Of a stretch of DNA of 64,000 nt, positions 10,164 to 20,107 are shown one piece after another (position 1 is the first letter of the stretch; each line of letters starts with the position of its first letter). The notes beneath the pieces were generated by a model, which was not told the DNA's origin, searched no databases, and worked only from the letters and a program-made list of their open reading frames with translations. Source of the DNA: Leptospiraceae bacterium (GTDB lineage: Bacteria > Spirochaetota > Leptospiria > Leptospirales > Leptonemataceae); contig JAVJNR010000007.1 in the NCBI GenBank assembly GCA_040217195.1, positions 72,424-136,423 on the forward strand, given 5' to 3'. The position numbers were made by a program, and so were the translations under genes.

Positions 10164-10895
10164 TTAGTTACCTCTCCATCGTCGAGACTCCAGCACTCGA
10201 ACGGTAAAGAATAGAAATAGAACGGCCATTCCTCCAAAGAACAAAGTTCCCTGAAGAGGGATGATTCCCCGGGTGAACGGATTAAACTGATCCAGGGCAT
10301 GCATATAGCTGAAGATTTCCCGGGCAGGCGCGGGCAATAGACCTGCCAGATAGCCACCGATATCTACCAGCACCAGAATTCCTGTGGCAATTAATAGAGA
10401 GATCAAATGGCTTTCTGTAAAGCTGGATGCAAAAATGCCCACTGCAGTGGAATACATGGCCACCAGGATCAGGCCAATGAGACCAGTAACCGTCATGTAT
10501 AAAGGGGCCTCTGCAATCCAGAAAATGTAAACTCCCTGCATTAGCAGAAGAAGTACGGCAAGTACAGTCAGGTTCAAAAGAAATTTTCCGATGACCAATT
10601 CCAGATCGGAGATGGGTAAACTGTACAGAAGCTCCAGTGTTCCTTGCTTTCGCTCGTTCACAAAAGCTGACATGGAAAGAAATATTCCTGCCCCCAGGGT
10701 AAGCAGATAGAAGATATAAAACAGGGCCACAGTAACCTGCTCGTAGGTGGCGCGATCGGTACTGGCCAGAATGACGCTTACGAATCCGCAGCAGAAAGCC
10801 AGGATTCCAATACTGAGAGGAGGTAAACTGGAGCCAAAGAACGAAGATAGCTCTTTCAGGTAAACCCAGTAGATTCGTTTCAGGGAGCCTTTCAT
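10164..10895 (-). CDS. GldF-like ABC-2 permease
   Basis: KELSSFF, ERKQGTLELL...P, GKF, ESRRW motifs; about 6 TMs. Confidence 0.85.
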   Translation of the reverse strand: MKGSLKRIYWVYLKELSSFFGSSLPPLSIGILAFCCGFVSVILASTDRATYEQVTVALFYIFYLLTLGAGIFLSMSAFVNERKQGTLELLYSLPISDLELVIGKFLLNLTVLAVLLLLMQGVYIFWIAEAPLYMTVTGLIGLILVAMYSTAVGIFASSFTESHLISLLIATGILVLVDIGGYLAGLLPAPAREIFSYMHALDQFNPFTRGIIPLQGTLFFGGMAVLFLFFTVRVLESRRWRGN

Positions 10896-11617
10896 ACGCC
10901 CACCTCCACTTCACCGGTTGTATGTTTCATAAATTCAGTCTCCAGATCGCTTTCCAGTTTTTCTCCCTCCAGGGCAGCAGCCATCTTCCCTCTATGTAGA
11001 ATCAGAACTCGATCACAGGTTCGACTTACTTCGGTCAGTATATGGCTGGATATCAAAATAGTATGCTGCCCGGCCAGTTCTCGAATCAGGTTTCGCACCT
11101 CTACAATTTGTCTGGGATCCAGTCCGGACACTGGTTCATCGAAAATCAAGATGGAAGGATTTCCAATCAGGGCTTGAGCGATGCCCACTCGTTTTCGATA
11201 GCCCAGGGATAGATGCCGAATCAAAGATCGTCTGGCTGGCTGCAGGTTGGTTCTCTCCACAACTCGGTCAAATTCATCGGAGAATTCGGATTCGCTCACG
11301 CCGCGGAGACGAGCCACAAAATGCAAATAATCGTGAACCGTAAGCTCCAGGTAAAGAGGTGGAACTTCAGGAAGATAGCCCAGTTTGCTACGTATACTGA
11401 GTGGGTTCTCGGCTACGTTTTCGCCCTCCACTTCCAGGATGCCGTCGCTAGGAGTGAGAAACCCGGTGAGCAATCGCAGACAGGTAGTCTTTCCGGCCCC
11501 GTTCAGGCCCAGAAGACCCACCACTTCCCCGGTCTGAATCTCAAAACTAACATTTTGCAGGGCTGGAAAGTCTCCATAGTATTTGGTAACCTGAGACAAT
11601 CTAATAGGTGGTTGCAT
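10892..11617 (-). CDS. GldA-like ABC ATP-binding protein
   Basis: GLNGAGKTT, LSLGY signature, IFDEP, SSH. Confidence 0.92.
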   Translation of the reverse strand: MQPPIRLSQVTKYYGDFPALQNVSFEIQTGEVVGLLGLNGAGKTTCLRLLTGFLTPSDGILEVEGENVAENPLSIRSKLGYLPEVPPLYLELTVHDYLHFVARLRGVSESEFSDEFDRVVERTNLQPARRSLIRHLSLGYRKRVGIAQALIGNPSILIFDEPVSGLDPRQIVEVRNLIRELAGQHTILISSHILTEVSRTCDRVLILHRGKMAAALEGEKLESDLETEFMKHTTGEVEVGV

Positions 11618-11745
11618 ACAGCCTTTAACACCGATTCAGCGGGCCATATGTCAAATGATTTCCAATGAACGAAGGGAACCAAAAGATGGTCAAATACTCT
11701 TAGAAGTCAAGAATCCAGAGACAAAAACTGCATTCCTGCCACCAT

Positions 11746-13641
11746 TTGGGCTGTAACATGCAATTGCCTTGGCCCAGAACCCCGGAAAGAACCATGAAAT
11801 TTAGAAAAGCAATCGGAATGGATGCCTGTCTGATCCTTGTCCTAATGGCCGCTCTGTTACTACCGGCCACTGCATCCGCAAATCCTTACAGCCAGGGACG
11901 TCTTGCATTTGCCAGGGGCGACTTTGATTCTGCAATGAGGCTTCTGGAGCAATCCACGCGAAGCGATCCATCCAACGGAAATGCACATTTTTACATAGGA
12001 CTTATCCACGAGCGAAAAGGCCGCAAAGGCCAGTCCATCCAGGCCTACAAGCAGGCCGTGGCTCGTCGCATGGATGCCGATCTAAGAGAAAAAGCGCTCT
12101 GGAAAATAGTGTTATATTCCAAATACATTGGAGACTGGGGTGCGGTGTCCATATACAGCGGACAGTTCCTGAAATATAAACATCATCCAGAGATGGCCCG
12201 TCTCCAGTCCATGGCCGCCAACCAGGGAGGTTCATCCAGTGCAGAAATGGTACGATTGGTTCAAAAGGGACAAAGAGCTGAAAAAGTGGGAAACCTGGCA
12301 GAGGCTATTGGCTACTATGAGGAAGCCATCGATATAGAACCAGATGCGCATTCCGTGCGATGGAACCTTGCCTCTGTGGCCATGAAAGCGAATCAGTATT
12401 CCAGAGCTGTAAGCCATCTTCAATACCTGGATAAGAAGGATTCTCAATGGAAATACAGTTACAAACTGGGAGTTTGCTATTATCAGCTCGGTAGGTATCA
12501 GAATGCCCTTTCCTCTTTTGATCGAGCCACTGCGCAAAATAAAAGGCCGTCCGGCAGCTTTAGATATTTCATTCAAATCGGCCGCGGGCTCACTTATCTG
12601 GAGCTGGAAGATGTGCCCCGAGCCGAGGAGCAGCTGGCCGGAGCTGCGAAAGTTAAGAATTCAGCTCTGGTGAAAGGCGCCCTTTCCAGGCTTGCCCTTA
12701 TGAAAGGAGACCGTCCGGGAGCCATCAGCAATATGCAGGCCGCATTAAAAGAAGATGGCCAGCAGCTGGATGCACTATCGGTAAAGGCTTTGCTAAGTTC
12801 GGATCCCGGAGATTACGAAAAATTCCAGGATCAGCTATATAGAAATACAGTCTATCAGCCGGCGTACTACAATTCGGTAACTTTGCAGTACGTACATGTT
12901 TTGATTGCGCGTTCGCGTTTTGATCGAGCCCGCACAGTTCTGGATTCTATCAGCAGCAAAGAACTGGAAAGCATCCATGGAATGAAGTTTGATACCGCTG
13001 CTCAGTCCAACCGGGCCTTGATTTTTTCCACAACTCTGGCGCCGGCCCCTGGTCGCGGCAAAAATTCCAGGACTGAATTGATTGAAGAAGAAATCCAGAT
13101 GTTTCTGATTTTCGACAAATCCGATCGTGCGCGATCCGCCGTGGAAGCCTACAAAGATGAGCTTGCATTAAACAATCCGCAAAACACAGATTCACAGATT
13201 CAGCCGAAGCCCACAGAAGATCCTGAGTCTCCCGCCGGATGGCTGAGGCAGAATCCAGACCGATTTGAATCCGCCGCTCGCATTGAATTGCTGGATTACC
13301 TGCTGAAAAAGAAACAGCTGGCCAGGGCTCTGGAAATCGCCTCTTACTGGATTCCAAAGTCTGAGTCCTTCAAAGTTCAGGCCTCAGAACTAAATGAAGT
13401 GCAATCCCTGGTATCAAAGAATGAGAAATGGGCCAATCTATTCGGAAAAACCCTGGAGCCAGATCCGCAAGATTCGAATCCAGGGTCGGACTCGGAACTT
13501 AAAGAAAATGATTCCACTGTGGATGGAAATAGCAACGAATCTACCGTAGACTTGCAGGAAGAGAATTCTATTCCCGAAAACTCCCAAATCGAGGAGGCCC
13601 CGGCGGAATCGGAAGAAATTCCAGAAACCCGGCCGCAGTAA
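11746..13641 (+). CDS. Exported TPR-repeat protein with acidic low-complexity tail (start probably 11794 or 11818)
   Basis: Signal peptide ending ASA; several TPR motifs (AHFYIG, YKLGVCYYQLG). Confidence 0.8.
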   Translation: MGCNMQLPWPRTPERTMKFRKAIGMDACLILVLMAALLLPATASANPYSQGRLAFARGDFDSAMRLLEQSTRSDPSNGNAHFYIGLIHERKGRKGQSIQAYKQAVARRMDADLREKALWKIVLYSKYIGDWGAVSIYSGQFLKYKHHPEMARLQSMAANQGGSSSAEMVRLVQKGQRAEKVGNLAEAIGYYEEAIDIEPDAHSVRWNLASVAMKANQYSRAVSHLQYLDKKDSQWKYSYKLGVCYYQLGRYQNALSSFDRATAQNKRPSGSFRYFIQIGRGLTYLELEDVPRAEEQLAGAAKVKNSALVKGALSRLALMKGDRPGAISNMQAALKEDGQQLDALSVKALLSSDPGDYEKFQDQLYRNTVYQPAYYNSVTLQYVHVLIARSRFDRARTVLDSISSKELESIHGMKFDTAAQSNRALIFSTTLAPAPGRGKNSRTELIEEEIQMFLIFDKSDRARSAVEAYKDELALNNPQNTDSQIQPKPTEDPESPAGWLRQNPDRFESAARIELLDYLLKKKQLARALEIASYWIPKSESFKVQASELNEVQSLVSKNEKWANLFGKTLEPDPQDSNPGSDSELKENDSTVDGNSNESTVDLQEENSIPENSQIEEAPAESEEIPETRPQ

Positions 13642-13664
13642 AGGTTGCCCGAAAGAGGCAAGAA

Positions 13665-14489
13665 ATGTCCCGGCGCCCTGAACTTCTAGGAATTGTAAAT
13701 ATCACCGAAGACTCATTTTCGGATGGGGGCCGCTATCTGGAACGGTCCAGTTTAGAATCCCGGATCAAAGAGCTCTGCCAGAGTGGTTGCAAAATTCTGG
13801 ATCTGGGAGCAGCAAGCAGCAATCCAGCTGCGAATCCAGTGGAACCGGCAGTCGAAATTCAACGACTGGAATTGGCATTCAATATTATCGATACATTAAG
13901 AAACCGCGACGAAATACCGCAAAACGTTCAGGTTTCGGTGGATTCATTTAAATCAGAAGTTCAATCCTTCGCGTTGGAGCGAAACGTCGATTTTCTAAAC
14001 GATATTACTGGATTTTCCGAATCATCCTTCTATCCCACTCTCCTGAACTCTAAGAGTCAGCTCATATTAATGCATTCCATCCAGGAAGGCATTGCCACAG
14101 ACGTTAGAGTTTCTCCGGATTCCATTCTCGACCGAATTGCGACTTTCTTTCGAAAAAGGCTTACCCAATTGGAAAACGCTGGCATTGCCAGAAGTCGCAT
14201 TGTTCTGGATCCTGGCATGGGATTTTTCCTGGGTTCGGATCCGGAGTGTTCATATCGAGTGCTACGTAATCTGGGTTTTCTGCGAAAGGAGTTTGATCTT
14301 CCGTTGCTCATATCTGTATCCAGAAAGTCATTTCTGGGAGCTCTGGTGAACAAACCTCCTCTGGACCGGGCCGCCGCCACCCTTTCCTGTGAACTCTATC
14401 TGGCAGACCAGAAAGTAGAGTATATTCGCACTCACGATCCGGCGGCTTTGATGGATGCACTGATTATCCAGAATGCGCTGCGCAGTTAA
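13665..14489 (+). CDS. folP: Dihydropteroate synthase, Sul-like clade
   Basis: GIVNITEDSFSDGG, LNDI, LMHS, DPGMGFFLG, SRKSFL, IRTHD. Confidence 0.95.
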   Translation: MSRRPELLGIVNITEDSFSDGGRYLERSSLESRIKELCQSGCKILDLGAASSNPAANPVEPAVEIQRLELAFNIIDTLRNRDEIPQNVQVSVDSFKSEVQSFALERNVDFLNDITGFSESSFYPTLLNSKSQLILMHSIQEGIATDVRVSPDSILDRIATFFRKRLTQLENAGIARSRIVLDPGMGFFLGSDPECSYRVLRNLGFLRKEFDLPLLISVSRKSFLGALVNKPPLDRAAATLSCELYLADQKVEYIRTHDPAALMDALIIQNALRS

Positions 14490-14714
14490 TTTTCATTCCA
14501 TCATTAAGGCCTTTGTTCTGCGATGCTGGACATGCACCTTTCCGGTAATTGTTTAAGGTTATTGCTATTAAAGTTGCGGATTCTGGAAACTATCAAGAAG
14601 CACGGCCGGGAAATCAGGGCAGGCCAGATTGCTTAGAGAGAATTCGTCTTCAGGGCTACCAAACTCTCTGGCGGAATCTATTTCTGCGAGATTTCAAGTC
14701 CTGCCATCGGTTTT

Positions 14715-15872
14715 TTAATCAGAGCTTTCTGGTCCTGACAGAAGCTTCAGAAACTCCGGATTAAATTCTGCAAATGGATCCCTTCGACGCATCATGTTTT
14801 CCACCGGGCTTCCAGGAGGAGAGTCTCGCAAAATGAATCCATGGTCTGTTTTTTCCAGAGAAACGAATCTGTAGTTGGAAATATCGCTGCTTCGCACAGT
14901 GTTTTCTTGATCCGTTCTATCTTCGGGATGCACTTCTTCATCATATTCGCCTAGAACATGAATTAAATCCAACCCGGGCCTTACAACGTGCAGCGATTGA
15001 AGCAGCGGTGCGAATTCAAGCTGGGCGGCCTTTTGAGTCCATTTCCGATTGGATGGCCTGTATAGATGCGAAACAGTCTTTTCTAGAGCAAGCAAGTCTG
15101 AAGATAAACCGGCTTCCTTTAATTCTTCCAGGCGATCCTCCCAGGCATCTTCGTCCATCTCCGGGATTTTGCCTGATTCAATATTCTGACGGTGTTCATT
15201 CCAGATTTTAGCAGCTTTTTCCTGGATTTCTGTGGGTGCTCCAGTAAGGTCCATATTATAGAACACTCGACCAGCCCATTCCGTCAGGGCGGTTCCTGTG
15301 TATGCACAATTTGCCAGAATCAGACGCTCCGGCTCAAAGATTCTCAGAGATTCCGTTTTCTGCAAGGCCATAACGGAAACCAGACAACCTTCGCCCACGG
15401 CCAGAACACTGGTAGGCGCTTCTGGCAAATTCTCGGATTCCCGAAAGCGCTTGAGTAGTACCAGAACATCCATCAATGCCTGTACAGACCGCTCCGGATC
15501 AGTGAGGTCTATGCTTTCATCGCCACTTCCAGGAGGGCTGTATCGAATTACTGCAATATTTCGCTCAACCAGTCTTCGAGCAAAGCGAAGACCCGGCCTG
15601 GTTTGATTTCCCGGAGAGTTCCAGTCCCTGTCATAATCCCGGTCCGGTACGATTAGTATATAACCTCTGGTTTCCTGCGGAAGCATGACCTCTGCAGAAG
15701 TGATATGCGTATCGGTCGCATTTTTATCCGCATGATCCGACAAGTTAAATCGTCTAAATTCCGCAGAGCTAAAATCCAGGCCCTGAATTATTGTAGGCAA
15801 ATATACAAATGTCCCAATACCAATCAGTAGTAGACCAATCAGCAAGAATGTAATTAGAATAATTCGCTTCAT
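14715..15872 (-). CDS. Membrane-anchored alpha/beta-hydrolase-fold protein, nucleophile Ser apparently absent
   Basis: N-terminal TM; IAVIRY.PPGSG.ES, LAVGEG elbow, GEYD, DHGF. Confidence 0.6.
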   Translation of the reverse strand: MKRIILITFLLIGLLLIGIGTFVYLPTIIQGLDFSSAEFRRFNLSDHADKNATDTHITSAEVMLPQETRGYILIVPDRDYDRDWNSPGNQTRPGLRFARRLVERNIAVIRYSPPGSGDESIDLTDPERSVQALMDVLVLLKRFRESENLPEAPTSVLAVGEGCLVSVMALQKTESLRIFEPERLILANCAYTGTALTEWAGRVFYNMDLTGAPTEIQEKAAKIWNEHRQNIESGKIPEMDEDAWEDRLEELKEAGLSSDLLALEKTVSHLYRPSNRKWTQKAAQLEFAPLLQSLHVVRPGLDLIHVLGEYDEEVHPEDRTDQENTVRSSDISNYRFVSLEKTDHGFILRDSPPGSPVENMMRRRDPFAEFNPEFLKLLSGPESSD

Positions 15873-15967
15873 TAATTAATATCCCTTTGTGGATTCTAAG
15901 TAGCAGAACAGGCCAATGCTCGGCGTTGGAGAATTCTTTTTGCCCGGGATTAGCAATTCCATGGTCA

Positions 15968-17491
15968 TTAAAATACGAAATAGATAAACTGATGGCCAGA
16001 TTGCGATAGAGCTGGAAGCATCCAGCCTCCCAGGACTATGCCAAGAATCAGGATTAACCAGAAATCGTAGCGTCTGAAACGTTGAAAATGAGCAGGCTTG
16101 TATTGCAACCAGTGAAAGAGGAACAATGCCAGAAACATAAATGCAATTGTTCCCATCTGTCCAATTTCCTGACTGCGAAATACCTCGGCACCAAACACTG
16201 ACTCCAGGGTTTCTGCATCTCCCCCGGATTCTGAATAATGGTCTCTCAAATGATGGCTTCCGTGCATAAAAACGCCCGAAAGCATCTCGCCCATGATTTC
16301 GGTGGAGCTAACTTCCAGAGTCTTGTACTGCACCGGTTGCGCTCTAAACATTAGAGCTCCAATGGAAAACAGTACGAACATGAAAAAGATCTTTATTATC
16401 TTGAGTGGTCCATTCTTTTCAGGAGTTGTTTTCCATCCCAGGACCTGCTCGATGAATCGCTCCAGAGCCAGAAGCACTCCCCACATAGCACCCCAGGCAA
16501 TGTAAGTGTAGTCCGCCCCATGCCATAGGCCGCCCAGAGTAAACGTAATGATCTGATTCACATAGGTGCGAGCGGCTGTGACTTTGCTACCGCCCAGTGG
16601 AAAATATATATAATCCCGTAACCAGGTAGCCAGAGTGATATGCCATCTTTGCCAGAGCTCCCTTGCACTGGCCGAAAAGAATGGGGCCCGGAAGTTCTCT
16701 GGAATGTCGTAGCCAAGTAACAGGGCCGAACCTCGAGCAATGTCCGTATAACCGGAAAAATCGCAATAGACCTGAAGAGAAAAACACATTCCGGCCAGCA
16801 TGATGCTCCAGCCAGTGTAGAGCTCCGGAGCAGCATACACCGGGGCCACAATGGAGCCCATGGGATCAGCCAGAAGAACTTTCTTGATCAATCCACCCAG
16901 AATTAGCCAGGAACCTCTGTAAATTCGGTCCTTGTCCACCCATGCCGTTTGAGGCAAAAAATCAGTGGAACGCATGATCGGTCCGGCAATTAGCTGGGGA
17001 AAAAATAGAATAAAAAGGAAAAACCTGGAAAATCGAATCTCTTCAGTAATGACCCCTCTGTACACATCCACTACATAGGCCGTTAACTGAAACGTGTAGA
17101 AACTAATGGCCAGAGGCAAAAACAGATCCATGTTCTCCACGAAGGGAGGTAGATCCATTCCCATATCCCCGGCCACACGAACGAAAAACCCGAAGTATTT
17201 GAAAACAGCGAGATTGATCAGATTGATGATCACGGTCAAAGCCATGATCAGCTTCCGTCGTGCATGATGGCGGAGCATCCATTCCACCATGAAGTAATTC
17301 AAGACTACCAGGCCGATGAAATGCACGGTCCATCGAATGCCCCACCATCCCTCCCGGTTCAATCCCCAGGTGGCATAAAATAAAATGGAGCCAACAATTA
17401 GAACTCCCGGTCGATACCGGGATGGAAGGGTCCAGTAGATGAAGTATACTGCAGCAAAGAAAAGAAGGAATAGAAATGAATTAAAGAGCAT
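15968..17491 (-). CDS. MBOAT family O-acyltransferase (AlgI/DltB/PatA-like)
   Basis: MLFNS, PLAISFYTFQ, FFPQLIAGPI, DFSGYTD, WQRWHITL, GLWHGA, FIYF.F. Confidence 0.93.
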   Translation of the reverse strand: MLFNSFLFLLFFAAVYFIYWTLPSRYRPGVLIVGSILFYATWGLNREGWWGIRWTVHFIGLVVLNYFMVEWMLRHHARRKLIMALTVIINLINLAVFKYFGFFVRVAGDMGMDLPPFVENMDLFLPLAISFYTFQLTAYVVDVYRGVITEEIRFSRFFLFILFFPQLIAGPIMRSTDFLPQTAWVDKDRIYRGSWLILGGLIKKVLLADPMGSIVAPVYAAPELYTGWSIMLAGMCFSLQVYCDFSGYTDIARGSALLLGYDIPENFRAPFFSASARELWQRWHITLATWLRDYIYFPLGGSKVTAARTYVNQIITFTLGGLWHGADYTYIAWGAMWGVLLALERFIEQVLGWKTTPEKNGPLKIIKIFFMFVLFSIGALMFRAQPVQYKTLEVSSTEIMGEMLSGVFMHGSHHLRDHYSESGGDAETLESVFGAEVFRSQEIGQMGTIAFMFLALFLFHWLQYKPAHFQRFRRYDFWLILILGIVLGGWMLPALSQSGHQFIYFVF

Positions 17492-17535
17492 GCCGATTCG
17501 AACGAGTTCTGAAAGGAACTCTCAGTTGTGAACAA

Positions 17536-18552
17536 CTACGTCGGCTCTCCAACCTGAGCCTGAAGAACAGGAATGAACTCGGCTATGGCGCTGTCAAGCG
17601 GCGAATCAACCGTGGCCCCGCAGGCATTCTTATGCCCACCACCACCATACTTCTGAACAGCCGCCAGTACATCCACATCGGACCTGGACCTAACAGAAAT
17701 CCTGGTTCTTTCCCGCTCCCGTTCCGTAAATAGAACGGCAACCTTGACTGATCCTGGTTCCAGAAGTTCATTTACCAGACCTTCCAGGTGATCGAATTCC
17801 AGACCAAGTTTTAGAACCTCATCTTTACGAATGGAAAAGAATGCTATGGTCTTTCCTTTGCTGAATCTCAGGTTCTGATATAGTTTCTTCTTTAGCTCCA
17901 GACGCCCCAGAGGCTGACTGTTCAAGAGTCCTTCTGCAACCTTCTCCGGCCGAATCCCAGTTTCCAGAAGTCTGGCTGCAATTCGATGTGTATCCGGTGT
18001 AGTCTTTCCGTATCTGAAATGGCCTGTATCGGCAACAATGCCTGCATATAAGCCCAGGGCAATTTCTGGTGGAATCTCCTGGCCGGCCGCCTCATAGAAT
18101 CGGTAAACCAGCTCGCAACTGGAAGCACAGTCCGGATCCTGAAATAGCCTCTCATAATCCGGAGATGCACCATCGTGATGGTCAACGATTACCAGATTGG
18201 AATGATCCTGATTGAGCAGAAAACCCACATCTCCAATACGATCGGGATCAGAGTTATCCACACTGATCACTGTACGTCCCCGAAGCCGTTCTCGACCTTC
18301 CCTGGCATCCACCTGATCGAAGGTTTCGATCTTATGTCCTTCCAGAATGAAGCCCAGCTTTTCCGGTGCCTCATCGTGGTTTATGATTCTAGAATCAAAG
18401 CCCAGTTTTAGTAGTAGATAGTTGAGAGCTATTTCTGCCCCCAATCCGTCCGGGTCCGGGCCGCGGTGGGTAGTGATAATAATGCCCAGACAGGACTTCA
18501 TCCTGCGAAAAAAGGCCTCGGAAAGCCTGTCTAGTTGGGCGTTGGGCTGCAT
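17536..18552 (-). CDS. nrnA: DHH/DHHA1 phosphoesterase (NrnA-like oligoribonuclease/pAp phosphatase)
   Basis: H..PDPDG, VDHH, DTG.F, GGGHKNACG. Confidence 0.85.
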   Translation of the reverse strand: MQPNAQLDRLSEAFFRRMKSCLGIIITTHRGPDPDGLGAEIALNYLLLKLGFDSRIINHDEAPEKLGFILEGHKIETFDQVDAREGRERLRGRTVISVDNSDPDRIGDVGFLLNQDHSNLVIVDHHDGASPDYERLFQDPDCASSCELVYRFYEAAGQEIPPEIALGLYAGIVADTGHFRYGKTTPDTHRIAARLLETGIRPEKVAEGLLNSQPLGRLELKKKLYQNLRFSKGKTIAFFSIRKDEVLKLGLEFDHLEGLVNELLEPGSVKVAVLFTERERERTRISVRSRSDVDVLAAVQKYGGGGHKNACGATVDSPLDSAIAEFIPVLQAQVGEPT

Positions 18553-18604
18553 CTTTGCTGACCTTACAGGTATATAACAAGATCGGCAAGTGATTTCCCA
18601 ATGT

Positions 18605-19924
18605 TCAGGCTATGCTTTCTGCAAGTTCCAGGCGAGCCGCTTCCAGCAAGGCATCCCTTTCATTGTCCAGTTCACCGGATTTCACCCGATCCAGCAGCCC
18701 TTTGAGCAAATCTCCCATTCCAGGACCTGGAGCCATACCCATTTCCATCAGATCTTTTCCATCAATTTTCAGATCCCGAACCTTCAGCTCTTCTTCCTGC
18801 TTGCGGATCTCTTCAATGTGCCGGATCAAGTCTTTGATGGCTCGAGGCAATGCCTGTTTTTTCCCGGACCCTTTTCGATCTGCCAGGCGCAACGCAATCA
18901 AATCCTCCAGCTGGGAAGGACTGACCTTCTGCATAAATCGGCGCACCGCTCGATCGCTCCATTCCGAGGTGTAATGGAACATATGGTTTCTGACCAGGAA
19001 CTTGACTCTCTTTCCAAGGTTGGCATCAAAACCAAAGCGACGCATGATTTTTTCAGTAATGCGTGCACCCACCACCTCATGGTTATGGAAAGTAGCTTCG
19101 CCTCCCGGCTGCTCCCGGCGAGTATCGGATTTACCAATGTCATGAAGTAATGCTGCAAGACGCAGTTTTAGAATTGGCTCATCCACTGCATCACAGGCAT
19201 AGATCAAATGATGAAAAATATCATGCTTATGATATCGATTCTGAGTCAGTCCTTTCCCCTTTGCAAGATCGGGCAAAAACCAATCCAGAGCATTCAATGA
19301 ATCGAGAATTAAGAATCCATTAGAAGGTCGCGCTCCACATACAATCTTTTGGAAGCATTTGCGGATAAATTTTCTGGATAGATTTTCTGCTTCCTCTTCG
19401 GACCAGGCAGTGGCCAGGTCCGCGCGAAACGCCGGATCCAGATCAAAATCTAAAAGTGAAGCTATTCCAGGGATTCGAAGTGTGTCTGATGTTTCAAAAG
19501 GTCCTTGAGACAGGGGACGCAACGTTCCAGAAAGATAGTCCGAACGAGCTTGATCCGGACCCACCCAGGAGTTGCCGTCAAAACGCAATAGATCTACGGT
19601 GAATTCAAAGTCTGAATCCTCCTGCAAAAATCGCAGATGAAAATCCTCTTTGCATTCTGGAAAAGATACAACCCATTTTCTTTCGGAGTCTGATTCTCCG
19701 CTTTCCAGAAATTCATCGATCTCAGACAGGGACACAGCAGACAGCGCCTCCCATTGACCGGGATTGAGACGAAATACAGCTACAGGATTGTGGCTTCTAA
19801 AATACTTCAGACTTTCGCCAGACAGATTTGTGGAATCAAAGGGTAAATGAGAATAACGCTCCATCCAATCCAGCAGATAGGATGGCGGATAATAATCTGC
19901 ATGATCTGAAACAAAAGGTGTCAT
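18605..19924 (-). CDS. HD-domain protein related to CCA-adding/poly(A) polymerases, with degenerate nucleotidyltransferase head
   Basis: QNRYHKHD..HH, LLHDIGK, FHNHEVVGA, LKIDGKDLM.MG..PGP.MG; SD-like GGAAGG before ATG 19924. Confidence 0.8.
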   Translation of the reverse strand: MTPFVSDHADYYPPSYLLDWMERYSHLPFDSTNLSGESLKYFRSHNPVAVFRLNPGQWEALSAVSLSEIDEFLESGESDSERKWVVSFPECKEDFHLRFLQEDSDFEFTVDLLRFDGNSWVGPDQARSDYLSGTLRPLSQGPFETSDTLRIPGIASLLDFDLDPAFRADLATAWSEEEAENLSRKFIRKCFQKIVCGARPSNGFLILDSLNALDWFLPDLAKGKGLTQNRYHKHDIFHHLIYACDAVDEPILKLRLAALLHDIGKSDTRREQPGGEATFHNHEVVGARITEKIMRRFGFDANLGKRVKFLVRNHMFHYTSEWSDRAVRRFMQKVSPSQLEDLIALRLADRKGSGKKQALPRAIKDLIRHIEEIRKQEEELKVRDLKIDGKDLMEMGMAPGPGMGDLLKGLLDRVKSGELDNERDALLEAARLELAESIA

Positions 19925-20107
19925 GGTTCTTTCCTTCCAGGATCTCAGGCTACAGCACATATCCGGAAAATGTCTGTGGGGCTACCAGCTTCCGGACTTT
20001 GGAAGTTGGGTGGTTAAGAGCCGCCCGGAGAAATCTAGTTCGAATTACAGGGAGCTTGTCAGTTCAAAAAAGGGTGCCTGGTGCAAAAGAAAAAAAAATC
20101 TGGAGTA

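Noticed and set aside
10282..10914. 210-aa alternate-frame ORF over the permease, and other shadow ORFs such as 22-420, 18590-19150 and 35625-36092
   Set aside because: Fully overlap well-supported genes and carry no recognisable motifs
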